DNA of 64,000 nucleotides, taken from contig JBGPIH010000001.1 in NCBI GenBank assembly GCA_041484785.1, forward strand, positions 7,258 to 71,257, given 5' to 3'. The number at the start of each line of letters is the position of its first letter. Position 1 is the first letter of the stretch. This document shows, piece after piece, positions 20,556 through 29,689 of the stretch. Under the pieces are notes generated by a model, which saw only the letters and a list, made by a program, of their open reading frames with translations, was not told the DNA's origin and made no database searches. The position numbers and the translations under genes are program-made. The stretch is from Candidatus Limnocylindria bacterium (lineage in GTDB: Bacteria; Chloroflexota; Limnocylindria; Limnocylindrales; CSP1-4).

Positions 20556-21961
20556 GGCCTGTTTCCCGACGACTTTCGATCCGGGCCCGGCTCGCATTCA
20601 TCTATACCGGGCTCCTCGCGGCGGCCCTCGTCGCATTCGGCTCGGGAATGTATCTCGTCCTGCGCGCGCAACTCGAATCCTCGTTCAACGCTGGTCTCCT
20701 GGCGAACGCCGAACATGCGGCAGGGGCATTTGCCCAGGACACCGACGCCAGCGGTCGCCTGCGCCCGACTGGGCGCCTGATCACGCAGTTTGCCTCAACC
20801 GGCGGACGGGTCGTTGTCCTCGACGCCGGTGGCACCGAGCTCGCTGACTCGGCCCCGGCCGGCAGTCCCGCGCTATCAATCGGCCCCGAGGACCTCGCGG
20901 CCGCGGATCGTCATGGCCAGGTCATCAGTGAGTTTGCCGCAGGCGGTGACGTGCTTCGCCTGACCGTCGAGCCCGTCAACCTCCCGGACGGCAGCCTAGT
21001 GGGATACGTGGCCTGGGCGGACTCCACCCGCTCACTCCGCGACCTCCTGACCACGGTGAGTGTCGCCCTCGTCTTCGGCGGCGCTGCGGTCATCGGACTG
21101 GCGCTCGTCGGCGGCCTGGTCCTGGCACGGCGAGCCCTGGCTCCGGTCTCAGACGTCACCGAGACCGCCCGAGCGATTTCCCTGTCGGGCGATTTCGCGG
21201 CGCGCGTGGAAGCAGGTCGACCGGGCGACGAGGTCGGCGAGCTGGCGGTCGCGTTCAACGAGATGCTCGGCGCGCTCGAACAGAACCACCAGGCTTTGCA
21301 GCGCTTCCTCGGCGATGCATCTCACCAGCTCCGCACTCCACTCACGACCATCCGCGCCAACCTCGACCTCGCGGCACGGTCGGACCTGCCCGTGGGGGAA
21401 CGGGAAGCGATCCTGTCCGATGCGCGTGACGAGGCCGAGCGGATGGGCAGGCTGATCGGCGATCTCCTGTCGCTCGCCCGGGCGGAGTCCGGCGCTCGAC
21501 TGGAATTCCGTCCCGTCGAACTGGACGCCCTGCTGGTCGAGTCCGTCCGTCGCCAGCGCCAGGCGGCGCAGCACGTCCGGATGAGCGTGGCCACCGTGGA
21601 GCCGGCGGTCGTTGATGGCGACCGGGACCGGCTGCGTGAGCTGTTCGGGATCCTCCTCGACAACGCCGCGCGTTATACACCGGACGGCGGGACCGTCGTC
21701 GCGGGGCTCGTGGTGCGGAATGGGCGCGCCATCACCAAGGTCGAGGACACGGGCATCGGCCTCGATGCCGCCGATCGTGATCGGCTCTTCGAGCGCCTCT
21801 ACAGGGGTACGCGCGCACGCGAGATGCGGCCGTCAGGGACCGGGCTCGGCCTCGCGATCGCAAGCTGGATCGTCGAGTCGCACGCGGGAACGATCGAGCT
21901 GGCCAACCGGCCCGAGGGAGGCACGACGGTGGAAGTCACCCTGCCCCTGCGCCAGCCATGA
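20552..21961 (+). CDS. Sensor histidine kinase (TCS 1)
   Basis: Two TM, HAMP, H-box SHQLRTPLT, HATPase_c with G boxes. GTGA overlap with the upstream response regulator. Confidence 0.85.
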   Translation: MRPVSRRLSIRARLAFIYTGLLAAALVAFGSGMYLVLRAQLESSFNAGLLANAEHAAGAFAQDTDASGRLRPTGRLITQFASTGGRVVVLDAGGTELADSAPAGSPALSIGPEDLAAADRHGQVISEFAAGGDVLRLTVEPVNLPDGSLVGYVAWADSTRSLRDLLTTVSVALVFGGAAVIGLALVGGLVLARRALAPVSDVTETARAISLSGDFAARVEAGRPGDEVGELAVAFNEMLGALEQNHQALQRFLGDASHQLRTPLTTIRANLDLAARSDLPVGEREAILSDARDEAERMGRLIGDLLSLARAESGARLEFRPVELDALLVESVRRQRQAAQHVRMSVATVEPAVVDGDRDRLRELFGILLDNAARYTPDGGTVVAGLVVRNGRAITKVEDTGIGLDAADRDRLFERLYRGTRAREMRPSGTGLGLAIASWIVESHAGTIELANRPEGGTTVEVTLPLRQP

Positions 21962-22659
21962 CCGCGACGCGGGTCCTCCTGGTGGACGATGAGGCGCCCA
22001 TCATCGAGCTCGTCCGCGGCTATCTCGAGCGCGAGGGCATGGACGTGATCGAGGCCTCCGACGGGCGGGTCGGACTGGAGCTCATCCGCGAGCGAGCGCC
22101 AGACGTCGTCGTGCTCGACGTCATGCTCCCCGGCATCGATGGTTTCGAGGTCCTCCGCCGCGCACGTGAGTTCTCGGACGCCTACGTGATCATGCTGACG
22201 GCCCGCGCCGAGGAGATCGACCGGATCGTCGGCCTGTCGGTTGGCGCCGACGATTACCTTGTCAAGCCGTTCTCGCCGCGAGAGCTCGTCGCGCGCGTCA
22301 AGGCACTCCTGCGCCGTCCGCGAGCTGCCCGCCGCGAGGGTGACGGCGGGGTCGTCGATCGCGGTGATCTCGTGATCGACACGGGCCGACGGCTGGTGAA
22401 GGTCGACGGAGCGCCCATCGCCCTCACGACGATCGAGTTCGACCTCCTGCTCGTCCTCGCGGACGAGCCCGGGATCGTGCTCGGCCGGCAGCGTCTGCTC
22501 GACCGCGTGTGGGGCATGGACTTCGTGGGCGACGACCACGTCGTCGACGTGCACCTCGGAAACCTGCGCCGAAAGCTCGGCGAGGATGCCGTTGCCCCGA
22601 GGTTTATCGAGACCGTCCGGGGCGTCGGCTACCGACTACGCGAGGACAACCCAGAATGA
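21958..22659 (+). CDS. OmpR-family response regulator (TCS 2)
   Basis: REC domain plus winged helix. ATGA overlap with kinase 1. Confidence 0.9.
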   Translation: MTATRVLLVDDEAPIIELVRGYLEREGMDVIEASDGRVGLELIRERAPDVVVLDVMLPGIDGFEVLRRAREFSDAYVIMLTARAEEIDRIVGLSVGADDYLVKPFSPRELVARVKALLRRPRAARREGDGGVVDRGDLVIDTGRRLVKVDGAPIALTTIEFDLLLVLADEPGIVLGRQRLLDRVWGMDFVGDDHVVDVHLGNLRRKLGEDAVAPRFIETVRGVGYRLREDNPE

Positions 22660-23759
22660 GACGGGTTCGACGGCTGGGCATGCGCCTGCTCCTCGCGAAC
22701 ATCGTTGTCATCGCGGTCGGAAGCGTCACGCTCTTCCTGACGGTCGGTCTCGTGGCGCCCGGCGCGTTCGACGCGGCGATGGGCCATGCCATGAACGGTA
22801 CCGGCGGCATGGACGAGATGATGGGCGATCTCGTCCGGGCGGCCTTCCACGACGCCATCCAGACATCGATCCTCCTCGCCGTGCTGGCCGCATCGGTCGC
22901 CGCGGTCGTCGTGAGCGTGGCCTTGTCCGCGCGGTTGTCGAGGCCGATCAGCCGTCTGGCTCAGGCGAGTCGAAGGATCGCCGCGGGCCGGTACGCCGAG
23001 CGAGTCCCCGTGACATCCGAGGACGAGATCGGCGAGCTGGCCGACTCGTTCAACACGATGGCCGCGTCACTCGAGACGACCGAGCGACGCCGGCTGGAGC
23101 TCGTGGGGGACGTGGCCCACGAGCTTCGGACGCCGCTCACGACGCTGGATGGCTATCTCGAAGGGCTCGAGGACGGAGTCATCCAGCCGCGCGAAGCGAC
23201 CTGGACGCTGCTCCGTAGCGAGACCGCTCGGATGGCACGTCTTGTCAACGATCTCCAGGAGCTCTGGCGGGCCGAGGCTAAGCAGCTGCCGCTCACCATC
23301 GAGCCGATCGACGTCGGCGCCATGGCCGCCGCCGCGGTGGACCGGTACTCGGCCGTCGCCAGCGAACGCGCGGTCCAGCTCCGGCTCGATGCGACCCAGG
23401 CTCCACCGGCTCGGGCTGACCGCGAGAGACTCACGCAGGTCGTGGACAACCTGCTCAGCAACGCTGTCCGCTACACAGCCGAAGGCACGACGATCACCAT
23501 CGGTGTCCGGGGCGACGATGAGACCGTGACGCTCTCGGTCGCCGATCAGGGACCCGGTCTCACAGAAGAGCAGCGCGCCAAGGTCTTCGAGCGCTTCTAT
23601 CGGATCGACCCGTCGCGCTCGCGAGCGCTGGGCGGATCGGGGATCGGCCTGGCGATCGCCAAGGCCCTCGTCGGGCTCATGGATGGGCGGATCTGGGCGG
23701 AGAGCGAGGGCGAGGGACGCGGAGCAACGTTCCGGGTGTCGCTACCCCGGACCCGATAG
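22656..23759 (+). CDS. Sensor histidine kinase (TCS 2)
   Basis: TM, HAMP, H-box AHELRTPLT, HATPase_c. ATG at 22656 overlaps the response regulator stop (ATGA). The track ORF starts spuriously at 22509. Confidence 0.85.
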   Translation: MRRVRRLGMRLLLANIVVIAVGSVTLFLTVGLVAPGAFDAAMGHAMNGTGGMDEMMGDLVRAAFHDAIQTSILLAVLAASVAAVVVSVALSARLSRPISRLAQASRRIAAGRYAERVPVTSEDEIGELADSFNTMAASLETTERRRLELVGDVAHELRTPLTTLDGYLEGLEDGVIQPREATWTLLRSETARMARLVNDLQELWRAEAKQLPLTIEPIDVGAMAAAAVDRYSAVASERAVQLRLDATQAPPARADRERLTQVVDNLLSNAVRYTAEGTTITIGVRGDDETVTLSVADQGPGLTEEQRAKVFERFYRIDPSRSRALGGSGIGLAIAKALVGLMDGRIWAESEGEGRGATFRVSLPRTR

Positions 23760-23782
23760 AGCGCCCGGCCGCCGACCTTGGC

Positions 23783-23974
23783 TTACGAGTCGACCGCTGA
23801 GGACTGGCGCCCGACCTCCGGTCGAGCCCAGCGCTCCGGTTCCTCGTTGAATGTCTCGGCGCAGACGCTCTCGCAGAAGTAATACCTCGTGCCCGAGTAG
23901 TCGACGGCGATGGCAGTCGCCGGGTCGACCTCCATGTCGCAGACCGGGTCGATAGCGCGCGTCGTTGTCGCCAT
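23783..23974 (-). CDS. Small YHS/TRASH-domain protein (63 aa)
   Basis: DPVCDMEVD...YYFCSESC motif. Confidence 0.75.
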   Translation of the reverse strand: MATTTRAIDPVCDMEVDPATAIAVDYSGTRYYFCESVCAETFNEEPERWARPEVGRQSSAVDS

Positions 23975-24235
23975 GAACGGAACTCCTTCAATGATCGGCC
24001 GGCTCGCTGACCGGCGGTGGGCTGCGTTGTGCTGGAAGGTTCGCGGACCGTCCTGATAGCCACCTGAGGATCAGCTGGGAACCTGCTGAAGGGATCGCCG
24101 ATCGGGCCTTGGCGGAAGCCCGCTCTTCTTGATCAGAACTTGAACTTGGCGGGCACGATCGCTTGAGGTCCGGTCCCCACCATGATCCCTGTCAGGCGTC
24201 GAACAGTGCGGCTGGCGATCACGGAGGAAACGCCA

Positions 24236-24457
24236 ATGATGACCGGCATCGGCTGGGACATGGGCCTGGGCGGCTGGCTGTGGATGGTCGTAGCGATCGT
24301 CCTCGTCGTCGTGATCGTCTGGGCGTTCGTCTCCGCCGTCTCGACACGAGACCGCCCGCCGGTCGAAGACGCCGCGCAGATCCTGAAGGCGCGCTTCGCC
24401 CGGGGCGAGATCAGCGAACCGGAATACGAGCAGGCACGTCGCCTGCTCGGCATCTGA
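24236..24457 (+). CDS. Small membrane protein with C-terminal SHOCT domain
   Basis: GGAGGA SD 8 nt before the ATG at 24236. TM helix WLWMVVAIVLVVVIVWAFV, then SHOCT-like ILKARFARGEISEPEYEQARRLLG. Confidence 0.6.
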   Translation: MMTGIGWDMGLGGWLWMVVAIVLVVVIVWAFVSAVSTRDRPPVEDAAQILKARFARGEISEPEYEQARRLLGI

Positions 24458-24475
24458 ACAGTAAGGAGATTTGAC

Positions 24476-24811
24476 ATGGCATCGAAGCGAATTGGACTGA
24501 TCGCCAGCGGCGTCCTTGCCGGTGGCCTGCTGCTCGGAACCGCCGGACTGGTCGCGGCCCAGGATCCGACCGCCTCGCCGTCGGCGGGGCCGACCTCAGC
24601 GGGATCGTCCGGGATGATGGGCGGGTCGGGCATGATGGGCGGCGCCGGGATGATGGGCGGCGCCGGGATGATGGGCGGCTCGGGCATGGGCCAGATGGAC
24701 GCCGCCGACATCCAGGCGATGACCACGATGCATCAGTCGATGACGGCGAACGGCACGTGTGACCCGGCTCAGATGAGTCAGCTTCACGCGCAAATGCATT
24801 CGAGCCGCTAA
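24476..24811 (+). CDS. Secreted methionine-rich repeat protein (putative Cu(I)-binding)
   Basis: AAGGAG SD and signal peptide. Repeat run SGMMGGSGMMGGAGMMGGAGMMGGSGMGQM plus further Met/His (MTTMHQSM, AQMHS). The antisense ORF 24133..24726 was rejected. Confidence 0.65.
   Translation: MASKRIGLIASGVLAGGLLLGTAGLVAAQDPTASPSAGPTSAGSSGMMGGSGMMGGAGMMGGAGMMGGSGMGQMDAADIQAMTTMHQSMTANGTCDPAQMSQLHAQMHSSR
24605..24700 (+). repeat. Tandem 15-bp repeats (x4-5) encoding GMMGG
   Basis: gggatgatgggcggc units read directly in the sequence. Confidence 0.8.
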
Positions 24812-24888
24812 ACCCTCTTCCTCGGTAGTGGCGCCGCGGCCCAAATGGCTCGGCGCTCTTCCGTGTCCTGATCCAATGAGGAGATCCC

Positions 24889-25314
24889 GTGCCAACGTCG
24901 ACCGCGTACACATTCCGAGCAACGATCCCGTTTTCTATCGAACAGACCCGCGCTCGCGTCGAGGCGGCGCTCAAGGCCGAGGGCTTCGGCGTCCTGACCG
25001 AGATCGATGTCGCGGCGACGCTCCAGGCGAAGCTCGGGCTGGAGTTTCCCCCGTATCTCATCCTGGGCGCCTGTAACCCGCGCCTCGCGCACGCTGCTCT
25101 TGAGTTCGAACCCTCGATCGGGGCCCTTCTGCCCTGCAATGTCGTCCTGCGCCAAGCCGCGGCCGCCGGGGAGACCATCGTAGAGATTCTCGACCCGGAA
25201 GTGGCGCTGGCGATCGCCGGCTCCGAGCAGGTCGCGCCGATCGCCGCCGAGGCCGCCGCCCGACTGCGACGAGTCCTCGCGGCGGTGGCCCCCGACGGAG
25301 CCGGCGCCGCGTGA
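24889..25314 (+). CDS. DUF302-domain protein
   Basis: TEIDVAATLQAKLGLEFPPYLILGACNP...LLPCNVVL is the DUF302 signature. Confidence 0.8.
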   Translation: MPTSTAYTFRATIPFSIEQTRARVEAALKAEGFGVLTEIDVAATLQAKLGLEFPPYLILGACNPRLAHAALEFEPSIGALLPCNVVLRQAAAAGETIVEILDPEVALAIAGSEQVAPIAAEAAARLRRVLAAVAPDGAGAA

Positions 25315-25377
25315 GCTGTTAGCCCGGTTTCATCCTCGGCTCATCGGACTCTCATCTCGCACGTCGAATGTGCGGCC

Positions 25378-25830
25378 ATGAAGAAGCACCGCCTCCTGGC
25401 CTCCGTCCTCGCTCTGCCGCTGCTCATCGCGGCCTGTTCGGGCTCGCCAGCCGCGCCGGCCCCCGCGTCAAGCGGGACCGCGAGCTCCCCCTCGGCAGGT
25501 GCCACGCAAACGAGCGAGGGCGGAGGGGTCACCGTCGTCGCGTCGTGGGCTGGACCGGCTGCCGGAGCGACGTTCGACGTCAAGCTCGACACGCACTCGG
25601 TGGATCTGGATGCGCTCGATCTGTCCACCGCCGTCCTGCGCAACGACCGCGGCGAGACCCTGGGCGCGCGGCCGTGGGCGGCGCCGAAGGGCGGGCACCA
25701 CCGAGAGGGCGCCCTCACCTTCGACGGCGACGCCTCGAGCTTCTTCGCCGGCGCGAAGTGGATCGAGCTGGCCCTCGCCGGCGTCGGCGACACCCCCGAG
25801 CGGACCCTCCGCTGGGCGATCGGCTCGTGA
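25378..25830 (+). CDS. Lipoprotein, unknown function
   Basis: Signal peptide plus lipobox LIAAC, Ser/Ala/Pro linker, conserved-looking GGHHREGALTFDGD. Confidence 0.6.
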   Translation: MKKHRLLASVLALPLLIAACSGSPAAPAPASSGTASSPSAGATQTSEGGGVTVVASWAGPAAGATFDVKLDTHSVDLDALDLSTAVLRNDRGETLGARPWAAPKGGHHREGALTFDGDASSFFAGAKWIELALAGVGDTPERTLRWAIGS

Positions 25831-26342
25831 CTGCGGTCGCTCGCCCCCTCCGGCCGACCCTGCCGGTCGCGCCGCGCTCGATCGTCGCCGGTCTCATCGG
25901 CGGGGCCACCCTCCTCGGTGTCTACCTTGCGATCATCAGCCTTGCCCAGGGCGTCGACCACGCGGTCGAGCAGCTCGCGACGGATGCCCTGTTCGTGGGC
26001 CTCATCGCGGCTGGCTTCGGGATCCAGATCGCGCTGTTCGCCGAGCTGCGTACGCTCGATCGACGGCATCGGGCGAGCGCCGCGGTCACCGCCGTCGGGA
26101 CCGGAACGAGCGCGGCCGCGATGCTGGCCTGCTGCGCCCATCACGTCGTCGACCTGCTGCCGCTCGTCGGCCTGTCGGCAGCGGCTGTGTTCCTGGACGC
26201 CTACAAGACCCCGCTTTTCCTCGTGGGGATCGGAATGAACCTGGTCGGGATCATTGTGATCGGCCGGCAACTCCGTCGCGCTCGTCGCGCCTGCGCGGTG
26301 GTCGATGCGGCCGCCTCGGTCCGCGTGCCCGCGGCGAGCTGA
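25827..26342 (+). CDS. Four-TM membrane protein with CCAHH motif, translationally coupled to the lipoprotein
   Basis: GTG at 25827 overlaps the lipoprotein stop (GTGA). Hydrophobic segments; MLACCAHHVVDLLP motif. The track ORF 25368..26342 is an upstream extension. Confidence 0.5.
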   Translation: MTAVARPLRPTLPVAPRSIVAGLIGGATLLGVYLAIISLAQGVDHAVEQLATDALFVGLIAAGFGIQIALFAELRTLDRRHRASAAVTAVGTGTSAAAMLACCAHHVVDLLPLVGLSAAAVFLDAYKTPLFLVGIGMNLVGIIVIGRQLRRARRACAVVDAAASVRVPAAS

Positions 26343-26493
26343 CCGGACGACGAGGGCCAAGCAGTCCGTTCGAGCGGTCTGGATCGCGATTCTTAGGACT
26401 GCCTCACGTGGCTCTCAGCCCCAGGACTGACGGTTTCTGTCAATCGTTACCCCCCACGCCGGGTCGGCATGCTGGCTGAAGGAGGCCAAGAGC

Positions 26494-26727
26494 GTGGACG
26501 TCACCAAGAAGACCCCACCGAGCGAAGCGGCCCTTGGCCGCGACGTCCGGAGCCGGGCCCTCGCGATGTGGCCCGGACTCGACCGCAAGAAGCTCACCCG
26601 CACCTGCGGCGACCCGACTCGAGTGACCCGTCTCGTCGAGCGCCGGACCGCGCTTCCGCGCGAGTCGATCCTCCGCATTCTCGAGGGTCGGGTCTCAGCT
26701 GGGGAATTGCTCAAGCGGCCCGACTGA
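26494..26727 (+). CDS. Small hypothetical protein (77 aa)
   Basis: GGAGG SD 8 nt upstream of the GTG start. Followed directly by a GC-rich hairpin terminator. Confidence 0.45.
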   Translation: MDVTKKTPPSEAALGRDVRSRALAMWPGLDRKKLTRTCGDPTRVTRLVERRTALPRESILRILEGRVSAGELLKRPD

Positions 26728-26753
26728 TTCCACGCCGCTCCTGATTGCGGAAA

Positions 26754-26787
26754 GCCCGACCGGGGAAGGGATCCGGTCGGGCCTTTC
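26754..26787 (+). terminator. Stem-loop GCCCGACCGG-ggaagggat-CCGGTCGGGC followed by CTTTCG
   Basis: Perfect 10-bp stem immediately after the stop of 26494..26727. The U-tract is short, so rho-independent function is uncertain. Confidence 0.5.
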
Positions 26788-27467
26788 GTGAGGAAGGTAT
26801 GTGGCTGGGCCTGCGTCGCAGGGTGCCACAAGGCCCGGAAGAAGGGCCGTTCGGCAGGTCCTCATTGCGGCTGGGGCCTCCTGCGTGCTGGTTGCACTCC
26901 ACGCTCGGCCCATGCCGAGGCGTGCGTAGAAGCGGGCAGTAGCTTCGGACGCCGGTGACGACGAAGTCGAGGCCGAGCAGCGCGGCGGCGAACCAGGCCC
27001 AGGCCACGAAGCCTCCGGTCGTGAGCCACAGATTGAGGGCGAAGCAGCGCAACTGCGTGCGGGACGTCGTGGCGAGGCCGCGGCGTCGACAGATGCCAGG
27101 AGAAAAGAGTCTACCTTCGCGGCTGGCGCTTGCGATCCCAACCGATGATGAGGCCGGCACCAGTTGGAACTGGTGCACCAAGTCTCAGGCGCCGCTCACG
27201 CTGGGCTCAGCCTTCCGCTTCACGCTCGGGTGATGGACATCAGGCGCGGGCTTCAGATCCCCGTCTCCAGCCTGTGCGGTGGAGCACGGGCGACCACCAC
27301 CGAGCGCGAGCTGGCCGCGACCGACGGCGTGCTGTGCGGCTACGTATACCCGGCGACCGAGACGACTCACGTCGACTACGACCCGGCCGAGACCGACGCG
27401 TGGGTGCTCGCCCGGGTGAATCGAGCGGGCCGGGTATCAGATCGGCGCCCCCTCGAGGCCGTGATCC

Positions 27468-28118
27468 ATGGGTGACGACGACTTCGGCGGCGGGCTCTGG
27501 ATCTTGGTCGCGATCAACTCGGTGATCTTCATCGCGTTCGCGGCCAGCTTCTTTCATCCGCGGAGCGGACGAGACTGGCGGGTCATGGGCGCCTACTCGG
27601 CGTTCATCGTCGCCCTGTTCACCGAGATGTACGGCTTCCCGCTCACGATCTACGTGCTCTCGGGCTGGCTGGGCGATCGCTTTCCTGCGCTGGTCCCGTC
27701 GCACGCAGGCGGCCATCTGCTGAATGACCTCATCGGCTGGCAGGGCGACCCGCACCTGAGCCCGTTCCACCTCGCCAGCTACCTGGTCATGGGCGCCGGG
27801 TTCGTGGTACTAGCCAAGGCCTGGCCCGTGCTCTGGAAGGCCCAGCGCGAGCACCGCCTGGCCACGACCGGTCCGTATGGCTCGATCCGCCATCCGCAGT
27901 ACGTTGGATTCCTGCTGATCATGGTGGGCTTCCTGCTCCAGTGGCCCACGCTCTTGACGCTCCTGATGTTCCCGATCCTGACCTTCGCCTACAGCCGCCT
28001 CGCGATCTCGGAGGAGCGCGAGGTCCGGGCCGAGTTCAGAGTCGATTACGAGCGGTACGCGGCGACCACGCCCCGCTTCCTTCCCCATTTCAGGCATCGG
28101 CGAGTCCCGCAACCCTGA
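27468..28118 (+). CDS. Isoprenylcysteine carboxyl methyltransferase / phospholipid methyltransferase family membrane protein
   Basis: TTGPYGSIRHPQYVGFLL motif; multiple TM. Confidence 0.8.
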   Translation: MGDDDFGGGLWILVAINSVIFIAFAASFFHPRSGRDWRVMGAYSAFIVALFTEMYGFPLTIYVLSGWLGDRFPALVPSHAGGHLLNDLIGWQGDPHLSPFHLASYLVMGAGFVVLAKAWPVLWKAQREHRLATTGPYGSIRHPQYVGFLLIMVGFLLQWPTLLTLLMFPILTFAYSRLAISEEREVRAEFRVDYERYAATTPRFLPHFRHRRVPQP

Positions 28119-28375
28119 TCGCCGTGGGTCGGGGACCGAGGATCAACCTGACCCGTGCGCCTGGGTCGCCGCGGATTGGATGGCTCGATGCAGATCTCCG
28201 ACGGGGTGGTGATGGCGACGGCGGCGGCTCGGACCGGCTGCCGCCGCCGGACCGCGCTCGGCTCCGGGGCCATGGTGGCACCCAGTGGGCAAGGGCACCT
28301 TATGTCAGATAACAAGGGGCCTTTCAGCCACAAGGGAAGGCCTTTTGGCACTCCCGCCAACGTCGCTCGGTTGGG

Positions 28376-29671
28376 TTGACTGAGCGCGTGAGGGTCTCTG
28401 AGGAAGTCCAGGTTCGCCGACCTGTTCTGCCGTCATTGGAGCTCTCCTCGCGGCGACTTACAATCCGCCGCCTGCTTCGCGTCCTGGGGCCTGCCTGGAT
28501 CGTGATGCTGGCTGATGTCGACGCGCCGAGTGTCCTCACCGCGGCCAAGGCCGGCACCGACTTCGGATACGCCATCCTCCTGCCGGTCATCGCGCTGATC
28601 CCGGTGCTGTATCTCGTCCAGGAGATGACCGCGCGATTGGCGATTGGAACGGGCCTCGGTCATGCCGAGCTCATCCGTGAGCATTATGGCTTCCGCTGGG
28701 GAGCCATCGCCGTTGTCTCGATGGTCGTCATTGACCTTCTTGCGTACACGGCCCAGTTCGCCGGGATCGTCCTGGGGGCGAGCCTGATCGGGATCGGAGC
28801 GGTGCCGGCCGTGCTCGGCGCGTTGGCCATCCACTCGCTGATCGTGCTGACCCGCGGCTACCGGCAGTTCGAGATCGTCGCCGTCGGGCTGTCGTTGTCG
28901 CTCTTCGCGTTCGTCGTCCTCGCCTTCACCACCGGACCCGATCTGGGCTCTGTGCTGGGCGGTCTGTCGCCCATTCAGCCCTTCGATCGACCGGGGTATC
29001 TCGACCTGGTGGTGGCCACGATCGGCGCCGTGATCATGCCCTGGATGCTGTTCTATCAGCAGGCGGCGACCGTCGACAAGGGCCTCGGCCCAGCCGACCT
29101 TCCCGCGGCGCGGGTGGAGACCCTCGTCGGCGCCATCGCCAGCGAGGTCCTGATGGCCGCGATCCTGATCGCCGCCGCGACCGCCGCGCTCTCCGGCGGC
29201 GCCGTGGCACAGGTCGTGGGCGGCCTGGCGCTACCAGCCGGCCTTGCGAACCTTGCGACTGGTCCGACCGGGGTGCTCATCGCGATCGGGATCATCGGCT
29301 CGGGGCTGCTCGCGGCTGTCGTCATCTCGCTCTCGTCGGCGTGGGCCTGGTCCGAGTTGTTCCACTGGCCGCACAGCCTCAACCTGTCGCTCCGGAAAGC
29401 GCCCGCCTTCTACGCGCTGTACCTCCTCGAGGTCGTCCCGGCCGCCGTCGTCGCGCTCCTCGCGCAGGACCTCGTGGCGGTCGTGATCGATACGATGATC
29501 CTCAACGTCGTGGTGCTCGCGGTCCCGCTGACGTTCCTTGTGCGGCTGTCGAGCGACCGGACGCTGCTCGGCCCGTTGGCGAACTCCCGACGCCGGGCGG
29601 CGGTCCTGTGGGCGCTCACAGGGGGCCTGCTCGCTCTCGGCTTGACGAGCGCGTTCGGGCTGCTGCGGTAG
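28376..29671 (+). CDS. NRAMP-family divalent metal transporter (MntH-like)
   Basis: GPAWIVMLADVDAPSVLTAAKAGTDFGYAILL resembles the NRAMP N-terminal consensus; ~11 TM. Start uncertain. Confidence 0.8.
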   Translation: MTERVRVSEEVQVRRPVLPSLELSSRRLTIRRLLRVLGPAWIVMLADVDAPSVLTAAKAGTDFGYAILLPVIALIPVLYLVQEMTARLAIGTGLGHAELIREHYGFRWGAIAVVSMVVIDLLAYTAQFAGIVLGASLIGIGAVPAVLGALAIHSLIVLTRGYRQFEIVAVGLSLSLFAFVVLAFTTGPDLGSVLGGLSPIQPFDRPGYLDLVVATIGAVIMPWMLFYQQAATVDKGLGPADLPAARVETLVGAIASEVLMAAILIAAATAALSGGAVAQVVGGLALPAGLANLATGPTGVLIAIGIIGSGLLAAVVISLSSAWAWSELFHWPHSLNLSLRKAPAFYALYLLEVVPAAVVALLAQDLVAVVIDTMILNVVVLAVPLTFLVRLSSDRTLLGPLANSRRRAAVLWALTGGLLALGLTSAFGLLR

Positions 29672-29689
29672 GGCGCGGACCGTCGCCCG

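Noticed and set aside
24133-24726. 197-aa reverse ORF with PIIPAPPIIPAPP repeats
   Set aside because: It is the antisense reading of the (GMMGG)n repeats. The plus-strand gene has an SD and a signal peptide; the minus frame has neither.
25368-26342. 324-aa ORF overlapping the lipoprotein gene
   Set aside because: The first ~150 aa are out-of-frame noise over the lipoprotein. Only the portion from GTG 25827 is hydrophobic and protein-like.
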